A DNA stretch of 64,000 nt, taken from the NCBI GenBank assembly GCA_040218735.1, contig JAVJQW010000058.1, forward strand, positions 82,525 through 146,524. The letters are read 5' to 3'. The position numbers and the translations under genes were made by a program. Shown in pieces: positions 56,732 through 64,000 of the stretch. A model generated the notes under the pieces. That model ran no database searches. It had not been told where the DNA came from and saw only the letters and a list, made by a program, of their open reading frames with translations. Source of the DNA: Deltaproteobacteria bacterium. Lineage in GTDB: Bacteria > Myxococcota > Kuafuiibacteriia > Kuafuiibacteriales > Kuafuiibacteriaceae. How positions within the stretch are numbered: position 1 is the first letter of the stretch; the number at the start of each line of letters is the position of its first letter.

Positions 56732-57514
56732 ATGGCTTCGAATCAAGAGAAAGAAAAGACCAACATCCTGAAGCTCATCACCGAGTCGCAGGTCTGGACG
56801 TCGACGTTCCGCCACGGATACGCCGACACGCCGCGCAACCGCGCGCTCCAGATCTCGGCGAACGTCTGGCTGCACCTGCACCCGACGAAGGTGCGCCGCC
56901 ACGGCATCCGCTACCGCTACACGTGGTGCGCGGGTGGGCTCACGTTCCTGCTCTACCTGGTCACGGTCGTGACCGGGGTGGTGCTGATGTTCTACTACCG
57001 CCCCACCGGCGAGTACGCGTACCACGACATCAAGTACCTCGACTTCGACGTCCCGTTCGGCATGTTCACGCGAAACATGCACAGATGGGCGGCCCACGGC
57101 ATGGTGATCATGGTGTGGCTGCACATGTTCCGCGTCTTCATGACCGGTTCGTACAAGCCGCCGCGTGAGTTCAACTGGGTCGTCGGCGTGCTGCTGCTGA
57201 CGCTGACGCTGCTGCTGTCCTTCACCGGTTACCTGCTCCCCTGGGACCAGCTGGCCATCTGGGCGGTGACCGTCGGTACGAACATGGCCCGCGCGACGCC
57301 GCTCCTCGGTATGGAGGGGCCGTTCGGCGAGAGCCTGGTGACGCCGCGTTACAACGCGCGAACGATCCTGACGGCCGCCGTCAACGTCGGTCCACCGACG
57401 TTGCTGCGGTTCTACGTCCTGCACTGCATCTTCATTCCGATCGCCGCGTCGGTCCTGATGATTCTCCACTTCTGGCGAATCCGTAAGGACGGCGGGATCT
57501 CGGGTCCGCTCTAA
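56732..57514 (+). CDS. qcrB: Cytochrome b (b6-like N-terminal subunit)
   Basis: CAGGLT, LMFYYRP, HRWAAH, PREFNW, TGYLLPWDQ, RFYVLH, GISGPL. Confidence 0.95.
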   Translation: MASNQEKEKTNILKLITESQVWTSTFRHGYADTPRNRALQISANVWLHLHPTKVRRHGIRYRYTWCAGGLTFLLYLVTVVTGVVLMFYYRPTGEYAYHDIKYLDFDVPFGMFTRNMHRWAAHGMVIMVWLHMFRVFMTGSYKPPREFNWVVGVLLLTLTLLLSFTGYLLPWDQLAIWAVTVGTNMARATPLLGMEGPFGESLVTPRYNARTILTAAVNVGPPTLLRFYVLHCIFIPIAASVLMILHFWRIRKDGGISGPL

Positions 57515-57529
57515 GGAAGGACGAAGCGA

Positions 57530-58354
57530 ATGAGTGAAGTCGTCCACACCGATCATCCGCTGGATCGCCCCGCCGACTTGAAGGTGGGTTCCGCGAAGCT
57601 CCGCATCCGCGCCAAGAAGGGCGAGGACACGCTCCCGGACAAGATCCACAGCTGGCCCTACTTCGTCCGCGTCGAGTTCATCGCGGGGCTGATCATGTTC
57701 CTCTTCCTGTGCGTCTGGTCGCTCGCGATCGACGCGCCGATGGAGGAGCCCGCCAACCCGTCGATGACGCCGAACCCGTCGAAGGCGCCCTGGTACTTCC
57801 TCGGTCTGCAGGAGATGCTGGTCTACTTCGACCCGTGGCTCGCCGGCGTCGTGTTCCCGTCGTTGATCATCGTCGGCCTGATGGTGATTCCGTACATCGA
57901 CGTGAACCCGCGCGGGAACGGCTACTACACGTTCAAGGAGCGCTGGTTCGCGATCCTGACGTTCTTCTTCGGCTTCCACATCATGTGGGTCGTCCAGATC
58001 TTCATCGGCGTCTTCCTGCGCGGTCCCGGCTGGAACTTCTTCATGCCGTGGGAGTACTGGGATCCTCACAAGGTCGTCGCGCTGAACAACATCGACTGGC
58101 CGTACCTGCTGGGTGCGCGTAGCTACGAGATGAGCTTCCTGATCGGCGCGGCCACGATCGGCGCGTTCTTCAGCGTCATCCCGGCGGTGTGGTTCAAGTT
58201 CAAGAACGCGTCGGTGATGCGTCAGCTCGGGTTCATCCGCTACATGGTCGTCGCGGGGCTCTTCATGACGATGATGTTGCTGCCGCTGAAGATGGGCCTG
58301 CGCTGGGTGCTCAACATCAAGTACATCTGGATCACCCCCTGGTTCAACGTCTAG
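57530..58354 (+). CDS. Cytochrome b subunit IV-like membrane subunit
   Basis: WPYF, APMEEPANP..TPNPSKAPWYFLGLQE, PYID, RGPGW. Confidence 0.9.
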   Translation: MSEVVHTDHPLDRPADLKVGSAKLRIRAKKGEDTLPDKIHSWPYFVRVEFIAGLIMFLFLCVWSLAIDAPMEEPANPSMTPNPSKAPWYFLGLQEMLVYFDPWLAGVVFPSLIIVGLMVIPYIDVNPRGNGYYTFKERWFAILTFFFGFHIMWVVQIFIGVFLRGPGWNFFMPWEYWDPHKVVALNNIDWPYLLGARSYEMSFLIGAATIGAFFSVIPAVWFKFKNASVMRQLGFIRYMVVAGLFMTMMLLPLKMGLRWVLNIKYIWITPWFNV

Positions 58355-58399
58355 TCGGGGGCTCCGCAGCGCGGAGCCAGGCCTGATATCCTGCGCCTG

Positions 58400-59983
58400 A
58401 TGCGCGTCCGCCACGTCGCTTTCTTCGTCACCCTGGGCGCCGGGGCGTGCGGAGGTTCGTGCGCGGGGACCACGAACGGCGTCGACGAGCGCCCTCCGCC
58501 CGTCGAGACCCAGACCAAGTCCTACGTCTCCACCGAAGGCGACGACAACGCCGACGGGAGCGAGGCGACCCCCTTCCGCACGATCATGCGCGCGCTGGCG
58601 GGCGACGCCGACGTCGTCGTCGTTCGGCCCGGGGTGTACGTCGAGCCGGAGGTCGCGGTGGCGCGCAAGGTGTCGGTGGAGGGGGAGCGCGGGTCGGTGC
58701 TCGCGGGGCACGTCCTGGTGGCGAACGACGACGTGCGTTGGAGCCGCGTCGACGTGATGGGCGGAATCTCGATCACGCTCGCGTCGAACGTCGAGGTGAC
58801 GACGGCGACGATCGGCGCCGGCACCCGCGAGGACACGATCAGCGTGGCCTCGTCGCGCGCTTCGTTGTCCGAGCTCGTGCTGAAGTGCGGCGCGGAGACC
58901 TGCGTGCAGGCGACGACCTCCACGGCGTCGCTCACGTCGGTGGTGATGGCCCCCGAGAATGCGTCGAAGCGCGGCGTCCGCGCGGAGACCTCGAGTGTCT
59001 CGGTGGCGGACGTCGAGATCCGGGGCACGAGTATCTCGCAGCTCCAGGCGAGCGGCGGATCGTGGATGCGCGTGCGCGGCGCGAAGCTGAACGCGGCGGG
59101 CGGCAACGCGCTGGTGGCGTTGCGGTCGACGATGCTCGCGGACGACGTGACGACATCGGGATCGACGCAGCTCGGTTTCCTCACGCAGTCGTCGACCGTG
59201 ACGCTGCGCGGGTCGACGATCGGCGCATCGACGACGTTGACCGCTGGCGTGCAGGCCGGTCGCGTCACGATCTTCGACTCGACGTTGGAGGGCGCCCCCG
59301 AGGGGACCCTCAACCTCGCGGCGTGGCGCGACGACAAACCGACGGTGCGCCTCGTGCGAACGACCCTCGCGCACGGCGCTCGCATCGGGGTGCTGCAGTC
59401 GACCGGGACGTTGATCGTCGAGGGAGGTCGCTTCGTCGGAGACCCGAACGCGCCCGCGGCGATCGAGAGCGCAGACGCGATCGTGGCCAGCGGGATGGAC
59501 TCACGCCTGATGATCCGCGGGGCGACGTTCGAGGACACCGCCGGCACGGCGATCCTCGGGACGCGCCACCTCGCCGCGACGATCACCGCCACGATCAGCC
59601 GGCCGCGCCTGACGGGGATCTTCATCGAGGAGGCGCGTGTCTTCCCGGTACGGATCCTCGGGGGGAGGATCGAAGGGTGCCAGCGCGAGAGCGGGCTGGT
59701 ACTGCTCGACGTCGAAGGCGCACGGGTCGAGGGCCTCACGGTCACCGGCTGCCCCGAGGCTGGTGTGTTGACGGGCGAGGAGGCCGAGGTCGAGGTCGTC
59801 GGGGTACGCGCCATCGACAACGCAGGGTTCGGTTACGGCGCGTTCGGCGGCTCGACGATCCGCCTGCGGAGCTCCGTCGCGCGCGGCTCCGCGTGGGCGA
59901 CGTTTTCGACGTGCGGCGACGGCGCCCAGGTCATCGACGCGGGTGGCAACCAGCTGTCCGGGCCGACGACCGAGTGCCCCTGA
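58400..59983 (+). CDS. Right-handed beta-helix lipoprotein (DUF1565-like N-terminus)
   Basis: GAC lipobox; YVS..GDD..DGS..PFRTI..AL; PGVY. Confidence 0.8.
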   Translation: MRVRHVAFFVTLGAGACGGSCAGTTNGVDERPPPVETQTKSYVSTEGDDNADGSEATPFRTIMRALAGDADVVVVRPGVYVEPEVAVARKVSVEGERGSVLAGHVLVANDDVRWSRVDVMGGISITLASNVEVTTATIGAGTREDTISVASSRASLSELVLKCGAETCVQATTSTASLTSVVMAPENASKRGVRAETSSVSVADVEIRGTSISQLQASGGSWMRVRGAKLNAAGGNALVALRSTMLADDVTTSGSTQLGFLTQSSTVTLRGSTIGASTTLTAGVQAGRVTIFDSTLEGAPEGTLNLAAWRDDKPTVRLVRTTLAHGARIGVLQSTGTLIVEGGRFVGDPNAPAAIESADAIVASGMDSRLMIRGATFEDTAGTAILGTRHLAATITATISRPRLTGIFIEEARVFPVRILGGRIEGCQRESGLVLLDVEGARVEGLTVTGCPEAGVLTGEEAEVEVVGVRAIDNAGFGYGAFGGSTIRLRSSVARGSAWATFSTCGDGAQVIDAGGNQLSGPTTECP

Positions 59984-59993
59984 GCGCTGCGGA

Positions 59994-60638
59994 TCAGGCG
60001 GCCTTCGCGATGTGGTCGAGCTTCGCGGTGAGCGGCATGCGGTACAGGCGCCGTGCGTCGGCGAGGGCGTGCTCCGTGCGTCCGCCGCGAGCGGCGCGGC
60101 TGAACCAGCGCGCGTAGCGGCGACCGAGTCGGTGGGCGAGCTGGTAGCGCTCGCGCTCGGCATCGTCGAGATCGGCCGAGAGGGTCGCGTTGTCGAAGAG
60201 CGCGGTGACGAGCGCCTCGCCGTCCATCGCGAGCAGCACGTTGAGCAGGATGAACTTGTCGACCTCGGCCTGCAGCTCCAGCTCCATCTGCGACACGGGG
60301 CGCTCCTGACGCTCGCCGCAGTACGTGAAGTACACGAAGTGCGAGACGCCCTCGGCGGCGACGCAGAAGGCGTCGAGCGTACGAACGTCGGGTGACGCGT
60401 GGAGCTGGCGCGCCTTGGCCATCACCTCGTCGCAGATGAACAGCGCGAGGTGGGTCTCGTCGCCGGCGTGGTGCACGACGAGCGCTTCACGTTGGCGCGC
60501 GGCGGCGCGACCGAGCACCTGGACGAACGCGTCGCGGTCGATGCGGAAGTGTTCGACCGGGGGGCTCTCGTCGAGGCGGTAGAGTTGCTCGAGCGACTGC
60601 TGCAGCGAGACGTCGAGGTTGGGCGCGCGTGGGCTCAA
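59994..60638 (-). CDS. Conserved hypothetical protein (zincin-like EGVSH)
   Basis: AEGVSHF, ELELQAEVDKF; TTGA-coupled to the upstream gene. Confidence 0.8.
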   Translation of the reverse strand: MSPRAPNLDVSLQQSLEQLYRLDESPPVEHFRIDRDAFVQVLGRAAARQREALVVHHAGDETHLALFICDEVMAKARQLHASPDVRTLDAFCVAAEGVSHFVYFTYCGERQERPVSQMELELQAEVDKFILLNVLLAMDGEALVTALFDNATLSADLDDAERERYQLAHRLGRRYARWFSRAARGGRTEHALADARRLYRMPLTAKLDHIAKAA

Positions 60639-61237
60639 GCGACCGCCTTCTTGAAGACGGGCGCGCAGCCTTGCTCGAGGAGGCGACCAGAGGCGACGTG
60701 GCTCCCCGGGTTCAACATGAAGCGTTCGTAGATGGCACCGAGGTCGCGCGCGACGGGGAGGGTGGTGCGTTCGGCGACGTAGCCGAGGACTTCGACGAGG
60801 CGTTTGAAGTGTTGCGCGAGCTCACCGAGGAGCTGCGCGAAGACGGAGTGTCGCGCGAGGCCCGCGGCGCTGTCGTACGCGGCGGCACCCATCTGGACGT
60901 AGTAGTCGAGCCCGACCAGCGAGCGTTCGCGTTCGATGTGCGGCGTGAAGAAGCCGCTGACGATCAGCGAGACGTCGCCGAGGTGTCGGAACGCTTCGAA
61001 CCGCTGTCCCGGATCCCCCTGCTGCGCCCGCTCGTACAGCCACACCAGCGCGGGCGTGCCGCGCTCGTCCTTGCCACCCGCGTGGAGGATGCTGCTCTCG
61101 CCGAACTCGGCGACGACCCGGAGGAGGTAGGCCACCGTGGACTCGTCCAGGGTCAGCCGCTCGGCTGCGAGCCCATCCTCGAGGAGCTCTCGGAAGAAGG
61201 ACTCCAGGGTGTGATGCGTCGCGATGGGTCGGTTCAT
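60635..61237 (-). CDS. Conserved hypothetical protein
   Basis: RHLGDVSLIVSGFF, DYYVQMG..AY. Confidence 0.85.
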   Translation of the reverse strand: MNRPIATHHTLESFFRELLEDGLAAERLTLDESTVAYLLRVVAEFGESSILHAGGKDERGTPALVWLYERAQQGDPGQRFEAFRHLGDVSLIVSGFFTPHIERERSLVGLDYYVQMGAAAYDSAAGLARHSVFAQLLGELAQHFKRLVEVLGYVAERTTLPVARDLGAIYERFMLNPGSHVASGRLLEQGCAPVFKKAVA

Positions 61238-61290
61238 GTCTGTGATCCTACGAGAACCATCGGACGGCCCGCAAACCGTATGACTAATAA

Positions 61291-61303
61291 AATCAAATAC
61301 TTA
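61291..61303 (+). promoter_or_regulatory. IHF-binding site
   Basis: AATCAAATACTTA is an exact WATCAANNNNTTR match with an A-rich 5' flank, inside an AT island. Confidence 0.65.
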
Positions 61304-61447
61304 TGGTTAGATGGATCTCCGATCCGGATCGGACCGGGTCGACCCCCGAAAAAAACGCTTGATCTTCCTGGGGTTATTGGAGTCTTCTGCCCGGTTTTTA
61401 GCACCCGGACCCCCGAGGTGGCTAACACGGCCAGCTCCGAATCTGAC

Positions 61448-62242
61448 TCAGGGCGAGGCGCCCGGCGCCCAAAAGACCTTCCTCCCGGTTCGTCGTGAGC
61501 ACTTCTGGTAGGCGCAGTAGGCATCCGATCCCGCGACGTAGACCGCTTGGGCGTCGCCGCCGGAGAACCAGGTCTTCAGCGCGGCGTCGAGGGTGTACGC
61601 CTCCGGCGCCATGAGCGTTCGCGTGAGTAGGATAGGCTCGGCACCGGCTCGCTCGAGGAGCGGGAGGAAGTCGTGGCTCGTGATACACGCGAGCGCGATC
61701 GCTGCGATCGCGTGGCCTTCGCGGCGGCCGACGTCGGGCGCGTCGAAGTCCATCAGCCCGTTGTGCCCGACGAACACGGCGACGTGGGCGCCCGCTCCCA
61801 CGTTGACGCGTTCCTCGCCGATCGACACGAGCTCGACGTCGCGTCCCTGCACGTGTCCGAAGTAACGATCGATCGCGTCCTCGATGTTCGGTCCGGCCCA
61901 GGCGTCGGCCACCACGATCGCGCGGATCGATCTTCCGTCGCGGCGGATCCGTCGTTCGAACACCACGCGAGAGAGCACGCGCCGGTCGGGGATCGTGGTT
62001 CGCTTCACGACCCGCCACCCCTGTCGGGGGAGGAACTTCGCGACCCCGTAGAGCGCCCCCCAGTACAGGTTCACGTCGGGGCGCATCCCATCACCGAGGT
62101 CGCCCTTCACGGGGCCGATGTTCTGGTGCTTCGAGTCCGCGAGCGCGACGGTGACGTGGGCGACGAGGGGCCGCCCGGCGTCGATGTCCGCGCTCATGCG
62201 CGCCTGGGCGGGGGTAGCGGCGAGGAGGACGAGCCAGAACAT
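61448..62242 (-). CDS. Secreted hypothetical protein
   Basis: Signal AQA; NLYWGALYG, GHNGLMDF, MAPEAY. Confidence 0.8.
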   Translation of the reverse strand: MFWLVLLAATPAQARMSADIDAGRPLVAHVTVALADSKHQNIGPVKGDLGDGMRPDVNLYWGALYGVAKFLPRQGWRVVKRTTIPDRRVLSRVVFERRIRRDGRSIRAIVVADAWAGPNIEDAIDRYFGHVQGRDVELVSIGEERVNVGAGAHVAVFVGHNGLMDFDAPDVGRREGHAIAAIALACITSHDFLPLLERAGAEPILLTRTLMAPEAYTLDAALKTWFSGGDAQAVYVAGSDAYCAYQKCSRRTGRKVFWAPGASP

Positions 62243-62303
62243 GACCCGATCAACGGTCGGCGCGCCTTGGCGCCTTCCCTCCGGTCGTGCGAAAGACGCC
62301 GCG

Positions 62304-63284
62304 ATGGCCAAGACCACCGGTCGTTACTCCCCGGCCCGGCGCTTCGAGGAGGTCCGCAGCCTCCTGAACTCGACGGGCGGTGCGACGGTCTACGAGATCG
62401 CGGAGCGTCTGCACGTCAGCGTGCGCACCGCGATCCGCTACCTGCGCGCGATGGAGGAAGCGGGTGAGCGCATCTACGACGAACGCGAAGGCTACCGAAA
62501 GATCTGGCGGCTGATGCCGAGCGCCCGCGAGGGGCTGCTCCGCATGACCAGCACCCAGATGATCTCGCTGTTCCTCTCGCGGCGGGTCTTCGACTTCCTG
62601 GAGGGCACCGGCTTCAAGGAGGACCTCGACGAGATCTTCCAGCAGCTCGAGACCACCCTGAAGCGCAAGGACTTCATCGCCGCGCGGAACCTCGAGAAGA
62701 AGCTCTACAGCGTCAACGAAGCGCCGTACCGCTACGAGGGCAAGATAGAGGACGTGAACGACATCGTCACCGCGCTCCTGCGGGAGGAGCGGTTGGTGGT
62801 GCGTCACGGGAGCGTGGGGAACGGGCGGAAGAAGTTCGAGATCGATCCCTACACGCTGCTCGTCTACAAGAAGGGGCTCTACCTCGCCGGTTACAGCCAC
62901 CACCACGACGCGGTGCGGACGTTCGCGTTCGACGGCTTCCGCGCGATCGAGTGGCAGCGCAAGAAGGGCTTCGAGTACCCCGAGGACTGGGAGCCGAGCT
63001 CCCTCGTCGCCGGCTCCTTCGGCATCTTCTCGGGTGAGCCGACGAAGGTCCGCATTCGCTTCGACCCGAAGGTCGAGCGTTTCATCCGCCGACGTCAGTG
63101 GCACCCGACGATGAAGCTGAAGAAGACCAAGCAGGGCCTGGAGATGACCATGAAGATCCACGGCACCGTGGAGCTCATGAGCTGGGTGCTGTCCTTCGGC
63201 GACAAGGCCGAGCTCCTCGAGCCCGAAGATCTGCGGAACGAGATCGCAAAGGAGCTCCAGGGCGCCGCCGCGATATACGGCTAA
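62304..63284 (+). CDS. HTH-WYL-WCX transcriptional regulator
   Basis: EIAERLHVSVRTAIRY; IDPYTL..LYL..VRTF; WHP; SWVLSFG..LLEPEDLR. Confidence 0.93.
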   Translation: MAKTTGRYSPARRFEEVRSLLNSTGGATVYEIAERLHVSVRTAIRYLRAMEEAGERIYDEREGYRKIWRLMPSAREGLLRMTSTQMISLFLSRRVFDFLEGTGFKEDLDEIFQQLETTLKRKDFIAARNLEKKLYSVNEAPYRYEGKIEDVNDIVTALLREERLVVRHGSVGNGRKKFEIDPYTLLVYKKGLYLAGYSHHHDAVRTFAFDGFRAIEWQRKKGFEYPEDWEPSSLVAGSFGIFSGEPTKVRIRFDPKVERFIRRRQWHPTMKLKKTKQGLEMTMKIHGTVELMSWVLSFGDKAELLEPEDLRNEIAKELQGAAAIYG

Positions 63285-63484
63285 TCCCAAGGCCGTTCAC
63301 TTAGCAGACGGGCCTGCCTCGGGCCCCCATCAGGCGGCGACTGGCGCCCCGACGTAGCGCAGCGCGCCGGCGCCGCGAAGCGGCTCGTCCCTCGGCCGCC
63401 GTTTCGCCGGGCTGGTGAGGGGGGGCCGCGGAGCGCAGTACTCCCAAGGAGGGCCGCACTCTCGAACACCGGCTGGTATCGCTC

Positions 63485-64000
63485 TCACGAAGTGCCCTCC
63501 GCGCGTGCCGGTGGCGTCGGATGCGCTTCACGCCGAGGACGACCGGGACACGCGTCTTGCCTGGGCTGGGTAGAGCGGCGCTCGTGAATCCTCCGAGCGA
63601 TGAAGGCGCGACCCTGCACCTCCCGCGCCGCGTGAAGGTTGTGCGCGCGACACAGTAATCGCAGTTCGCCGACCACGCTCTTGGCGCCCAGCGCCCGCCC
63701 GCCCACGTGATCGAATTCGAGGTTCGACCGTTCGCTGCATCGGCGACCGTCGGGGCTCACGTACGTGCACTGCGCGCCGTCGCGCTCGACCACCGCGCGC
63801 CGCGTCGCGGCCGAGACGTACGCTGCGCCTGCTGGCGCATCCTCGGCGGGTTTCGATCGCGGACGACTCGTCTTTCCGTTCTTCCGCTTCTCCAGCCTCT
63901 CGACATACAGCGCGAGCGCAGCTTCGAAGATCTCCCCGATGTCCGTCCCAGGCGGGGTGAGCTCCTTGGCTCGATCCAAGAGCGCCTTCGCTTCGGCGCT
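63485..64000 (-). CDS. HNH endonuclease-domain protein (5' end outside the window)
   Basis: RRAVVERDGAQC..RC..LEFDH..LLCRAHN; frame open to the window edge. Confidence 0.85.
   Translation of the reverse strand, partial: SAEAKALLDRAKELTPPGTDIGEIFEAALALYVERLEKRKNGKTSRPRSKPAEDAPAGAAYVSAATRRAVVERDGAQCTYVSPDGRRCSERSNLEFDHVGGRALGAKSVVGELRLLCRAHNLHAAREVQGRAFIARRIHERRSTQPRQDACPGRPRREAHPTPPARAEGTS

Noticed and set aside
56672-59374. 900-aa minus-strand ORF and similar long Arg-rich ORFs (17933-20470, 39502-42156, 155-1297)
   Set aside because: High-GC shadow frames opposite well-supported genes, with no motifs

Overview
High-GC bacterial DNA, most likely Myxococcota (myxobacterial-type LexA box, FHA-sigma54 activator, Ser/Thr kinases, PEGA and DAG-repeat lipoproteins). 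Bases 1-8266 are the right end of a prophage: an integrase followed by tightly coupled MT-A70 methylase, RusA-like, Gp37/68, YqaJ, ASCH-like, RecT-like and replication genes. The prophage ends at a displaced tRNA(Ser)-type 3' end, followed by a terminator and a structured 137-bp tandem repeat. The remainder is chromosomal backbone: phoH, ftsB, an RluA-family enzyme, lexA, psuG, boxR-boxC-boxB, fadL-like, epmA, trmB, a Rieske/cytochrome b cluster, a WYL regulator and an HNH protein. The highlights are (1) a full-length eukaryote-like type I protein arginine methyltransferase next to an EF-hand protein with an Arg/Gly/Pro-rich tail, (2) a candidate new lipid-modification operon (two BtaA-like genes, a B12 radical SAM enzyme and an MMPL exporter), and (3) large in-frame repeat insertions inside two translation-related enzymes (RluA-family, EpmA). 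All assignments come from motif recognition by eye; no searches were run.
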